A DNA stretch of 64,000 nt. Source: a virus (lineage: Duplodnaviria; Caudoviricetes). Of this stretch, positions 50,078-59,683 are shown in pieces (position 1 is the stretch's first letter; each line of letters begins with the position of its first letter). The stretch spans positions 96,001-160,000 of the IMG/VR virus record IMGVR_UViG_3300037851_000671; one strand, 5' to 3'. Position numbers and translations under genes: made by a program. The notes under the pieces are model-generated. The model worked only from the letters and a program-made list of their open reading frames with translations, did no database searches and was not told where the DNA came from.

Positions 50078-50589
50078 GTATTAAGAGTAAGATCCAGAAT
50101 TTCAAGCGTAGTGCCCTCAACAACAACACCCAGCGTGTTGCCCATACCCTTATCAGTGCCGAAGGCAAGTGGGTATCCCGCAGCAAGCTCGATGCTATTC
50201 CTTCTGTGACGGCGCGTATTCGTGACCTCCGCAAGGATCAGTTCGGTGGCTTTGATGTTGAGTGCAAGAGTTCAACAGAGCTTAAGCCCAAGAGCAAGGA
50301 AGAGAAGACGTTCTACTACCGCATCAATCCCGATACTGTGACTGATGCCAAGGTCCAGGTTTTGTTCCGCAGCGTAAGTGAGGCTAAGGAGCGCGCTGCT
50401 GCAAAAAAGGACAAGGATAAGACCAAGACCAAGACCAAGACCAAGACAAAGACCAAGAAAGCGGTCAAGAAAGCCGTAAAGCCGGCAAAGAAGGTTACCG
50501 CCAAGAAGAGCGCAGGCAAGAAGACAGCCTCTCGCCGTACCCGTGGTTCCCAGATTACCGTAACCACTGACGGAATTACGATTTCCTGA
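50074..50589 (+). CDS. putative nucleoid/histone-like DNA-binding protein (HTH-like N-terminus, K/A/T-rich tail)
   Basis: 'SVTARIRDLRK' helix; tail 'KTKTKTKTKTKTKKAVKKAVKPAKKVTAKKSAGKK'; strongly C/G-ending codons; followed by a terminator. Confidence 0.65.
   Translation: MSIKSKIQNFKRSALNNNTQRVAHTLISAEGKWVSRSKLDAIPSVTARIRDLRKDQFGGFDVECKSSTELKPKSKEEKTFYYRINPDTVTDAKVQVLFRSVSEAKERAAAKKDKDKTKTKTKTKTKTKKAVKKAVKPAKKVTAKKSAGKKTASRRTRGSQITVTTDGITIS
50419..50454 (+). repeat. in-frame hexanucleotide microsatellite (AAGACC)4 AAGACA AAGACC encoding (KT)6
   Basis: Read directly. Confidence 0.9.
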
Positions 50590-50613
50590 TAGATATCAGG
50601 CGATACTTGCCCC

Positions 50614-50646
50614 AAAGGCTCGGAAGGAAACTTCCGAGCCTTTTTT
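50614..50646 (+). terminator. Rho-independent terminator
   Basis: GGCTCGGAAG-GAAA-CTTCCGAGCC followed by T6; a small hairpin CCTGAT-AGAT-ATCAGG precedes it at 50585-50600. Confidence 0.92.
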
Positions 50647-50691
50647 ATTGGCATAATGAGGGATATAGTTGAAAACTTCCAAAGAGGAAAC

Positions 50692-53600
50692 ATGTCAAAC
50701 AACCCAGCGTTCCCTTATGCCAGGTATCCATTTGATTTGGATGACCACCGTCCCGTTGATACTTTTGGTGTACCAGTGGTTAGTGATGGTACAACCCCTG
50801 TAAAAGCAGAGGTTCCTAATCGTCATAGCGATATAGTTTTGGCTATTGAAGCCGAGCTTGGTCTTTTGCCAAGTGGTACGTTTGATACTGTCAGGGCGCG
50901 TTTGGATGCCATTGAAGCCATGATCCGTAGCGGCGGCGGGACAGGTGCAACAGGGCCCACAGGTGCAACAGGGCCTGTGGGCCCTACAGGAGCTACGGGT
51001 CCAACAGGAGCTACGGGTCCAACAGGATCCACCGGTCCTGCGGGTCCATTGGTTCCATTGTCAACCATTCTTGGTGTTGGAAATAGCACAGGTTCAAATA
51101 ACATTGATGTTCAAGATGGGTACAAGGTTATCCTTGGAAACAATGGTCTAGGAGTTGATTCTTATGTATCTGGTGCTGTTGGTGGAGATTTCTTCCCAGG
51201 AACCATAAACCTGTACGCAAACCAAACTGCTATCAAAATTTTCCCAGTAGTAAATCCTAGTTTACCTGATGCAAGTGGTCAGATTGTACTAATCACATCC
51301 CCATATAGCACAGCGACTGGCGGTGGTAAAGAGGGTCAACTCTATGTACAGCCAGCTTTTTACATACCAGGAATAACCACTGATACTTGGGGAAGCCCTG
51401 GAGGTCTTGGGTACAACGGTATTGGTGGTGGTGTTGGTTGGTATGTAGGAGATGGATATGGAGATTTCTTTGCTGGTGGTGTAGGTTTTGGAGGCGGAGA
51501 TCACTATACCAATGACACATACTCAGTAATAGACGGGTACGGTGCTAGATGGCAAACGGCATCGGCTGGTGGAACAAATGGTGGGGCATATTGGGATGGT
51601 TGGCATGTATTCCAGGGTGCTTTAGAACTAGCGCCACTACACAGAGATCCTACAAGTTTAAATCATGCAACCCTTGGTTTTGGATCTTTGCTGTATGCAA
51701 AAACAGTTTCTGGAAACGCCTACAGCTCTCCAAAAGTGACGCCTGTTATCAATGAACTTTTCTGGAAACGTCAGGATGATACTGTTGAGCAAATAACCGG
51801 AATGAACTACGCAACCCAAACGTGGGTTGATGGGTATTTCGCTTCTTGGGGGTTACCACAAGTTCTAGGAATCAATCCTAACACCTCTGGTCATGACATA
51901 ATAATGACTACAACTGACAAGTTTCAGTTCAGTCATGGTTACATCCAGAACACAACATCATTCAACGTAAATGTTGATACCGGAATTGACTACATACTGA
52001 CGGTTGACAATAACATTATTGCTGGAAACTCACACTCTGTAACGGGCGTTGTAGTTGGAGCTGTAATTGCTGGTGGTAGCAACAACACCATAACAGACAC
52101 AAATAACTCTGTTATTGGTGGTGGTACACAGAATACCATAATTGATGCTACCGGATCATCAATACTATCTGGAATCGATGGGTACATAGCATATTCCAAA
52201 GGCTCAATAATATCAGGAGGAATACAAAACACAATCACTGTACTTGATTCTTCTTGGGATGGCTACAACGTAATTAGCGGTGGCGCCAGAAACAGCATCA
52301 TTAATAGCTCTGAATCTGCTATTTTTTCTGGTTACAACAACAAAATAACAGCCCTTGATGGTCTGGTAGTTAGTGGTGACTCTAATATAATTTCAGGAGG
52401 AAGAAACAATGAGATTATGCTTGGTTTTGGAAGTACGATTGCTGGTGGCCAAGGCAACAAATCTATTGGTTTCAATGTTTGGTCAATATGGCCTAGCCAA
52501 ACATTTATTGGAGGCGGTACAGACAATTTGGTTATTGGAAATTTCAATGCACCAATCATCGTTGGTGGAGAACGTAATGTTATAGCTGCAGTTAATAGTA
52601 GCGTGGGTGATGTGGTCGTAGGTGGTGAGGACAACATCATTGGAGCCACTGTACTTGGAACAGCCACAACATCAGTGTCTGGATCTACAGTGACATTGGT
52701 TATTGGACACGGTGTAACAGCATCAATAATCGGAGAGTACATACTAATCTCCGATTCAGAAAATATCGGAAACAACGGAAGATTTGCAATAACAGCGGTT
52801 CCAACAACCGGTACAATTGAGTATACAAATGCTAGTGCAGTTACTGGTACAACTGTATATTTCTTGCTAGACATCTTCAACCTGTCATTAAACAACTTTA
52901 TAGGATCTGGAGACTCAAACAAGATTCTGTCTAATATCAAAAATAGCGCAAGTGATCAGAATGTAATTACAGGCGGTTCACACAACACAATCAGTGCTAT
53001 AGCTACACACAGTGCAATCACGAACGTAATTGGTGGTGGACAAACAAACTCCATATACGGCGGCCTTGCTCATTTTATTGGTGCTGGTCAAGATAACACA
53101 ATAAGCTCTAGTTCTGTTGGTAATTCTGTTGCGTGTTCAATTGTTTCGGGTATAGATAACTCTATTGGTGCAACCAATGACACCTATGAATCATCAATAC
53201 TTGGCGGTCAACAAAATACAATTGACGCTTTTGATGGAAGTTCTGGAACATATCAGTCAATTATACTTGGTGGTCAAAATAACTATATAGGACGCACTCC
53301 AAATTCTCTAAGCGTTCAATCTATGATTGGTGTTGGTGGGTACAACACGGTTTCATCTATCTGGGGAACTTTGGGTAGCGGATACTACAACGCTTTATCT
53401 AATGATACAGCAACACCAAATGCCCAATCCAGAGTCCAAGGTGGATCTTCACTTGTAAATGGTTCTCATAACTTCATCCTGAATGAGCAAGAAGCATTCA
53501 TTGGAACCGGTTACAAGAATACTATTGTTGTTGGACAGGGGGATACAATTGTTGGCGGAGAGTCCAACACAATAGGTGGTATTGGAAGTTTCCAAGCAAC

Positions 53601-56600
53601 AACAACAATTGTATCACAAGCTGCTCCAATACCAATTCCAACAGATTCTGATACCAGCCTGCATTTCAGATTTGCAGAAAGTGCAGCGCCTTTCCTTAGC
53701 TCCGGTGTTAGTGCTCTATCACTTTCTGTTTTGGGCAACGCTCCAACTGTAACCACAAGTGTAAATGAGGTGTTTGGAAGCGCTGTTCAATTCAATGCAG
53801 ATGGATTGTTAACATCAAATGACACCACGGTTGGAGAGGTTAGCGGAACGGCATGTACCATCACTATGTGGGTTAAGATTCCGTCAGTAATTGCTAGCGG
53901 AGTTTTCCTTGCGAAAAAGTATGATTCATCTGTCAACGTTTGGGGATATCCGTTTATTTCTGTATACATGGCCCTTGAAGCGGCTTTGGACGGATCTTGG
54001 AACGTCTCACTAACAACAGGGGGAACGCTTACAGGAATAACAGTACCAACCGTTATCCCAATAGATACATGGACATTGATTGGTTTCACTTATGATGGTA
54101 GCGTTGTAAAAACATACCACAATGGTAGCTTGGTAAATGTAACCCCATTGGTTGGATCGATAGATTGGGGAGCACATGGACCGTGGTGTGTTGGTGGTGG
54201 TATCAGTAGTAGCACTGGTATTCAGCTTAATAACGCCACAGTTGACGACATAAGAATTGAAGGTGTTGTAAGAGATGCAACGTACATGTCAAACATGTAC
54301 AATGCTACTGGTCTGAAATTCAATGTTGGAACTACACTTCCACCATATGATGTTTGGGGAGATAACGTTGTCATAAACCATGCAGCAACTCCCGCAAACA
54401 ATAGCGTTGCAACTCCTTTCAAGGCTGTTGGATACATATCAACGAGCGAGGAGATTGTGTATTACAATCCTGCCGGAAGCGCGCCAGATTATGGAATAGC
54501 CGGCCCACGAGGTATTTCGTTTCCGGGCGTTACCTGGGAGTTGTATGGACCGAACGGAGCAAATGGTTCTGATAACTTCATTGGCAATGGTAGTCTTAAC
54601 CGTATTGATTCTCTTGGTAAATATCAATCTAACTACAGCTCCGTTGTTGGTGGTTATTCTAACGTAATCTCATCTTGTGCAGGTGCATTTGTTGGTGGTG
54701 GTAATGGTAACTCTATCACAAACGCATCCAACTATAGCGCTATTGTTGGTGGACAGAATGGAAAGATTTCAAATTCTACGAAATCTTTTATCGGAAGCGG
54801 AGACGGTGCAACTATAAACAACTCTTCAGCGGTTGGTGTTATAATTGGATGTGGAATCAATGGTAACATAAATGGTAGTCAGTCTTCTGTTGTTGGTGTT
54901 TTAGGTAGCGGGCCAAACACAATTGGTGGCGCTGGTATCAGGTATAGCCACCTTGGTGTTATGATGGGTAATGAAACCATCACTGATAGCGCCCTTCAAT
55001 ACTCAAACATTGGTGTCATGCTTAATGGAGCCACCATTAACAATGGAGGGTTGAATTACAGCAATATTGGTTATATGAATTACTCTGTAACCATCAGTAA
55101 TACTGGTGTTCAAAACTCAACCATTGGATATATAAGCGCCGGTGCTGTTGTTAACAATGTCTCAAGCTCATCTATTGGGTACCTACAGTCCGTAACTATA
55201 AACTCATCAGGTATATCTGGTTCATCTGTTGGTTATCTTGGAAGTGGAACAACAGTAACAAGTGCTGGTATTAGCTCGTCAAATATCGGAAGGATGAGTG
55301 GTGGTATAACCATAGACCAAAACGGAATACTATCTTCCAACGTTGGTTTTGTTGGTAGCGGTGGAGCGATAAGTCAGATACTTGACGCTGATATAGGTCT
55401 AATAAACGGAAACATATCACTAACACAAAACGGAATTCAGCACTCATCTGTTGGATATATTGGTGCTTCGACAACAATTGCTGATGGTGGTGTCACGTAC
55501 TCTGCTATTGGGTATATGTCAGGAAATACCTTAAACGATGGTGGTATAACCCACTCTTCAGTTGGAATAATGGATGGAGCATCTACCATTACCAATAACG
55601 GTATACAAAGATCTGCCATTGGTTATATTTCAGCAAGCTCCACAATAAACAATGTTCAATATTCACACATAGGAACGTTATCTGGCGGTGCAACGATTGG
55701 CACAGATGGCGTTACATACTCTACCATTGGATACATTAGTGGTGGAGCTAATATCTCTGCAATCTCTTACTCTGGTATTGTGGCAATAACCGGAGGTGCA
55801 AGCATCAACGCAAGTGCCAACGGAACGGTTGTTTCACAATCGTTCATTGGTTTGATGCAAGGTGGAACATCGGTTAGTTGCAATACAGGAAAGGGTATTG
55901 TAAACTCTTGTGTCGGGTATTTTGATGGTGGTGTTACAGTTGCTGGTGACGGTATCACAGGATCATATGTAGGACGTATTGGTGGCGGAACCAACATCAA
56001 CGGATCTGGAATACTTGGAGCTTCGTTCATTGGTCTTGTTGATGGTGGTTGCACTGTCAATAACGTAAGCGGCTCATCTCTGGTTAGGGTTGGTGGTGGT
56101 ATATCAGCAACCAACATTTCTAACTCTTTTGTTGGAAATGCTTTTGCTGGACCAACGATCTCCGGTCTAACAACTACATTTATTGGTATAATCCAAAGTG
56201 GTAGTACGGCATCAACCGTTGGATACAGCTTCCTTGGAACGCTAAACAACGGCGGAAGCGTTACAAATAGCAACTATGCTTTCTTTGGTGTTTGCGGAAA
56301 TAGCAGCTCTATTGCTGATAGTAACAACGCGTTCATTGGTGCCGGTGTATCAAATACAATATCAAACGCAGACTACTCAACAATTGTCAATGGTAACAAT
56401 TGCCATGTTGAAGCTGACTACGGAGAGGCTTCTGGTAAAAACAGCTCAGCAAGGTTGGTTGGACAGGTTGTCAGATCTTTGGGTCAGTTTGCTACACAGG
56501 CTGATAACCAGGTTTCAAATCTCATAGTAAATGGAACCGCCCCAGGAGGCCTTGCTTTTGCTCTTGAAATTCCTGGTGATGGATATGTAACTCTTGAGAA

Positions 56601-56886
56601 TGACAAGGTTTACGACATCTCTATCAGGGTTGTTGTAACGACCACATCTGGTTCTTTGCTAAGGGCAAGGTTCAATCTTGATGTTTTGGCATACAAGCAA
56701 TCTGGTGTGGTTTACATTGATGATGTAACTACGGTAAGTTCAGTGATTGCTGGAACAGACTGGAACGTTACAGTTGACTCTGGCCCAGGCACGGATGTTC
56801 TAAACATTGTGATAGATTCTTCTACTTACATACAAGACAGAAGAGCAATGGCAACGGTAGAGTGGAGAGAAATTGGAGTAGTATGA
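50692..56886 (+). CDS. long tail fibre / adhesin-like virion protein (collagen, Gly/Asn solenoid repeats, LamG)
   Basis: ATG 50692 with AGAGGA RBS (track start 50656); 12 GXY triplets; many 'xIxGGxxNxI' repeats; LamG at ~53641-54312. Confidence 0.8.
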   Translation: MSNNPAFPYARYPFDLDDHRPVDTFGVPVVSDGTTPVKAEVPNRHSDIVLAIEAELGLLPSGTFDTVRARLDAIEAMIRSGGGTGATGPTGATGPVGPTGATGPTGATGPTGSTGPAGPLVPLSTILGVGNSTGSNNIDVQDGYKVILGNNGLGVDSYVSGAVGGDFFPGTINLYANQTAIKIFPVVNPSLPDASGQIVLITSPYSTATGGGKEGQLYVQPAFYIPGITTDTWGSPGGLGYNGIGGGVGWYVGDGYGDFFAGGVGFGGGDHYTNDTYSVIDGYGARWQTASAGGTNGGAYWDGWHVFQGALELAPLHRDPTSLNHATLGFGSLLYAKTVSGNAYSSPKVTPVINELFWKRQDDTVEQITGMNYATQTWVDGYFASWGLPQVLGINPNTSGHDIIMTTTDKFQFSHGYIQNTTSFNVNVDTGIDYILTVDNNIIAGNSHSVTGVVVGAVIAGGSNNTITDTNNSVIGGGTQNTIIDATGSSILSGIDGYIAYSKGSIISGGIQNTITVLDSSWDGYNVISGGARNSIINSSESAIFSGYNNKITALDGLVVSGDSNIISGGRNNEIMLGFGSTIAGGQGNKSIGFNVWSIWPSQTFIGGGTDNLVIGNFNAPIIVGGERNVIAAVNSSVGDVVVGGEDNIIGATVLGTATTSVSGSTVTLVIGHGVTASIIGEYILISDSENIGNNGRFAITAVPTTGTIEYTNASAVTGTTVYFLLDIFNLSLNNFIGSGDSNKILSNIKNSASDQNVITGGSHNTISAIATHSAITNVIGGGQTNSIYGGLAHFIGAGQDNTISSSSVGNSVACSIVSGIDNSIGATNDTYESSILGGQQNTIDAFDGSSGTYQSIILGGQNNYIGRTPNSLSVQSMIGVGGYNTVSSIWGTLGSGYYNALSNDTATPNAQSRVQGGSSLVNGSHNFILNEQEAFIGTGYKNTIVVGQGDTIVGGESNTIGGIGSFQATTTIVSQAAPIPIPTDSDTSLHFRFAESAAPFLSSGVSALSLSVLGNAPTVTTSVNEVFGSAVQFNADGLLTSNDTTVGEVSGTACTITMWVKIPSVIASGVFLAKKYDSSVNVWGYPFISVYMALEAALDGSWNVSLTTGGTLTGITVPTVIPIDTWTLIGFTYDGSVVKTYHNGSLVNVTPLVGSIDWGAHGPWCVGGGISSSTGIQLNNATVDDIRIEGVVRDATYMSNMYNATGLKFNVGTTLPPYDVWGDNVVINHAATPANNSVATPFKAVGYISTSEEIVYYNPAGSAPDYGIAGPRGISFPGVTWELYGPNGANGSDNFIGNGSLNRIDSLGKYQSNYSSVVGGYSNVISSCAGAFVGGGNGNSITNASNYSAIVGGQNGKISNSTKSFIGSGDGATINNSSAVGVIIGCGINGNINGSQSSVVGVLGSGPNTIGGAGIRYSHLGVMMGNETITDSALQYSNIGVMLNGATINNGGLNYSNIGYMNYSVTISNTGVQNSTIGYISAGAVVNNVSSSSIGYLQSVTINSSGISGSSVGYLGSGTTVTSAGISSSNIGRMSGGITIDQNGILSSNVGFVGSGGAISQILDADIGLINGNISLTQNGIQHSSVGYIGASTTIADGGVTYSAIGYMSGNTLNDGGITHSSVGIMDGASTITNNGIQRSAIGYISASSTINNVQYSHIGTLSGGATIGTDGVTYSTIGYISGGANISAISYSGIVAITGGASINASANGTVVSQSFIGLMQGGTSVSCNTGKGIVNSCVGYFDGGVTVAGDGITGSYVGRIGGGTNINGSGILGASFIGLVDGGCTVNNVSGSSLVRVGGGISATNISNSFVGNAFAGPTISGLTTTFIGIIQSGSTASTVGYSFLGTLNNGGSVTNSNYAFFGVCGNSSSIADSNNAFIGAGVSNTISNADYSTIVNGNNCHVEADYGEASGKNSSARLVGQVVRSLGQFATQADNQVSNLIVNGTAPGGLAFALEIPGDGYVTLENDKVYDISIRVVVTTTSGSLLRARFNLDVLAYKQSGVVYIDDVTTVSSVIAGTDWNVTVDSGPGTDVLNIVIDSSTYIQDRRAMATVEWREIGVV
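50944..51051 (+). repeat. collagen-like (GXY)12, Thr-rich (GAT/GPT)
   Basis: GATGPTGATGPVGPTGATGPTGATGPTGSTGPAGPL. Confidence 0.92.
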
Positions 56887-57308
56887 CAAATACAAGGCAA
56901 ACAGTTATCGTTGATGCCACCGTACACTATGATGGATATGTGGTAACGTATGATGCCGGATTAGATGCATACATACCAAAACCAAATTCTGCTACAGTTT
57001 CAACAAGTGTGGAAGATGTGTCGGGCACTGGGGCAACCATTGCAGACCCATCATCAATGTCAAAACGGGTGAGGATGTTGGGCGCGGCGGCATGTACAGT
57101 GACGTTACCAGCTGATTCATCAATCAGTGACGGGGCAGTATGGAGCTTCAAGGATGTGCAAGGTAATGCAGGATCCTACACTTACACAGTGGCTGTAAAT
57201 AGTCCTATGACAATTGACGGTTCATCTTCATTTGTATTACCATCAGCCGCTCATAGCTCAGTGACAATTGCTTACCACAAAGCAACCAAGAACTGGGAAG
57301 TGCAATGA
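56883..57308 (+). CDS. small fibre-associated protein
   Basis: ATGA overlap with the fibre stop; 'DGYVVTY' and 'TVTLPA..FKD..G.A..TIDG..SVTIAY..W' module seen in phage fibres. Confidence 0.6.
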   Translation: MTNTRQTVIVDATVHYDGYVVTYDAGLDAYIPKPNSATVSTSVEDVSGTGATIADPSSMSKRVRMLGAAACTVTLPADSSISDGAVWSFKDVQGNAGSYTYTVAVNSPMTIDGSSSFVLPSAAHSSVTIAYHKATKNWEVQ

Positions 57309-58807
57309 CATACATACCACTAATGGCCAACTCCATAAAAGTGGATGATATGGTGAGCTATAGTAGCTTCATCAAAATGTTGCTGCATTGTGAAGGGGCG
57401 GAAGGTTCCACGTCAATCATAGAATCCAGTTCAGCGGCTTTGCCAGTAACCGCCTCTGGAAATGCCAAAATTACACTGGCGCGTAGTAAGCTTGGCACAG
57501 GATCTATATCGCTTGATGGAAACACGTCAAGCAAAGTAACTGTTAACAATTCTTCAGGTGCCTTGGCACTTGGCACTTCTGACTTTACACTAGAAGGGTA
57601 TTTCTATTTCACAACGATAAGTGCAGGGTACCAACCACTTATTTGTGCCTCTAACAGCGGAGATGGTCAGGGTCCGGTCCTGATAATGGAGACTAACAAT
57701 CGTCCAACATTTATAGTGTCTACAACTGGAAGTGGTTGGGCGGCATGGGTACAAGCAGACTATCCACCAACGTTGGGGTGGAACCATATAGCTGTTGTCA
57801 GGTATGGACCTCGTTTGATGTTGTTTCTTAATGGAGTAAGGCAAGCTACCGGATCATACATGGTCAACACTGGCTCTATATTTTCAAGCGCTACATGGCA
57901 CATTGGACACTACCCATATTTCCCAGGTGGAGCAAGAACTTTAAATGGAAATGTTGATGAGGTGTGTCTGACGGTTGGTAAGGCGAAATACCTAGATTCT
58001 TTCGTTCCGCCGACCATACCTTTTTTGGATCCGTCACCGCCAGCGTTTCCAAAATTTGGAGAAATGCGTCGTAACAATGATGGAACGGTGTATCTATGTA
58101 CAAATAAAAACACTAACACATGGATACCAAAAAGCTCTGCGAAAGTTTACAAAGCAGATAATGGTAGAGTAGAGTTTCTTTGTAATTTGAATGGCCCAAA
58201 CGGATCTACAACATTTACCGATGTTGGACCAAACCAAATGCCAATTTTGGTTGGAGCCGGAAGTCCTGTAATCAGTACCACAAGATCAAAATTCGGAAAC
58301 GGCTCTTTATACCTAAATGGCTCGTCATACCTTAGGGTTGATAACTTGGCGCAAGTTATGAACTTAGCGTCAAAGAATTTTACAATAGAGTATTTTCTGT
58401 ACCAGGAAACACGTGGGTCCAGCGTAAGCGTTGGTGGTTTTCAAAATAACTCAGATCAAGAGGGGCCTCTTTTAACCTTGAGTAGTGGATATCCTCAGGT
58501 ATGGTATAATTTACCAACTTCAAGTACATGGACCAATTTCCAAGGAACTTCCACAATTCCAACAGGACAATGGAATCATTATGCTCTAACAAGATCTCAG
58601 AACATATTTACACACTGGTTGAACGGAACTGCGATAGGTACAATGGACCTTGGTGATAGGATATCAACGAGTAACAACTTTTACATTGGAGGTTATCCTG
58701 GGTACATAAATTGGACTGGTTATATGGAGCAGGTTCGTGTGACTATTGGTAGGGCCATGTATCAGAAAGCTTTCACACCGCCAGCCGGTCCCTTCACATA
58801 TCCATGA
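57305..58807 (+). CDS. virion protein with two LamG/ConA-like domains
   Basis: Two units, each 'GSTxxxxxx..S..K(L/F)G.GS..', 'FT(L/I)E', 'WNH.A..R', 'T(V/I)G.A.Y...F.PP'. Confidence 0.85.
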   Translation: MTYIPLMANSIKVDDMVSYSSFIKMLLHCEGAEGSTSIIESSSAALPVTASGNAKITLARSKLGTGSISLDGNTSSKVTVNNSSGALALGTSDFTLEGYFYFTTISAGYQPLICASNSGDGQGPVLIMETNNRPTFIVSTTGSGWAAWVQADYPPTLGWNHIAVVRYGPRLMLFLNGVRQATGSYMVNTGSIFSSATWHIGHYPYFPGGARTLNGNVDEVCLTVGKAKYLDSFVPPTIPFLDPSPPAFPKFGEMRRNNDGTVYLCTNKNTNTWIPKSSAKVYKADNGRVEFLCNLNGPNGSTTFTDVGPNQMPILVGAGSPVISTTRSKFGNGSLYLNGSSYLRVDNLAQVMNLASKNFTIEYFLYQETRGSSVSVGGFQNNSDQEGPLLTLSSGYPQVWYNLPTSSTWTNFQGTSTIPTGQWNHYALTRSQNIFTHWLNGTAIGTMDLGDRISTSNNFYIGGYPGYINWTGYMEQVRVTIGRAMYQKAFTPPAGPFTYP

Positions 58808-58813
58808 GGGTTC

Positions 58814-59680
58814 ATGACTTATTCAACCTTGACAACAAAAGATGCTACAGTGGATGATGGATTGAAATTCTATGACACTCTTTTCCATTGTCGTGGCAAT
58901 GGCACTAACGGATCCACTACATTTACAGATATAAGCCCAAATGAAATATCATTGGTAGCATCTGGTCACGCACAAGTATCAACTGCCGTTACAAAATTTG
59001 GCAACGGATCTTTATATGTAGATGGTTATACGGTTGCTGACGGATATTCTTGTGTAGAAGGTGACAACGGAGCTGCTCAAATATACGTGGGTAATTCTGA
59101 TTATTGTATGGAAACGTGGTTCTATCTAAACTCATGGGGGGCATTTCTTATGGGGGCTGGTTTGGATAGGGATGGCCAAGGCACCGTATTACACGTTGAT
59201 GCTGGTGGAACTCATCAGCTTTGCACCACATACCACATAGGAACAACCGGATCTGGTTACAGTTTGTTCGAGTGGAGTATTGCCAGTTCTATTGGTGTTA
59301 CTTTAAATACCTGGCATCACGCAGCTGTTGTAAGAGATGGTGAAATGGGTGTTATGAGAGTGTTCTTGGATGGTGTTCCTGGTAGTTACTATTCAATTGG
59401 AACAAATGAAATACATATGTTTGGTGGTAGACTTTGGTTGGGTGCTTGTCCATTTGGTAGAATCAGTACCACCATGAATGGTTATCTAGAGGAGATGAGA
59501 ATCACAGTGGGTAGCCCAATGTATCGCGGTCCATTCACACCTCCAGCGGCCCCATTTTCTGGTAAACAAGCATATCCGGCTGATGGTGTTACAGGGGAGG
59601 TTAGAGATGGTACTATTGGAATGTACGTATGCGATTCCCCTTCGTACAAAAGATGGACACGATTGAATGTGATAAGGTGA
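58814..59680 (+). CDS. LamG/ConA-like domain virion protein
   Basis: 'FHCRGNGTNGSTTFTD', 'KFGNGSLY', 'WHHAAVVR', 'LEEMRITVG', 'FTPP'. Confidence 0.85.
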   Translation: MTYSTLTTKDATVDDGLKFYDTLFHCRGNGTNGSTTFTDISPNEISLVASGHAQVSTAVTKFGNGSLYVDGYTVADGYSCVEGDNGAAQIYVGNSDYCMETWFYLNSWGAFLMGAGLDRDGQGTVLHVDAGGTHQLCTTYHIGTTGSGYSLFEWSIASSIGVTLNTWHHAAVVRDGEMGVMRVFLDGVPGSYYSIGTNEIHMFGGRLWLGACPFGRISTTMNGYLEEMRITVGSPMYRGPFTPPAAPFSGKQAYPADGVTGEVRDGTIGMYVCDSPSYKRWTRLNVIR

Positions 59681-59683
59681 AAT

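Noticed and set aside
51990-56340. CRISPR array or DGR template/variable repeats in the repetitive fibre region
   Set aside because: The repeats are degenerate protein-level repeats inside one ORF; no identical DNA direct repeats with spacers, no adenine-specific repeat pair and no reverse transcriptase were seen.
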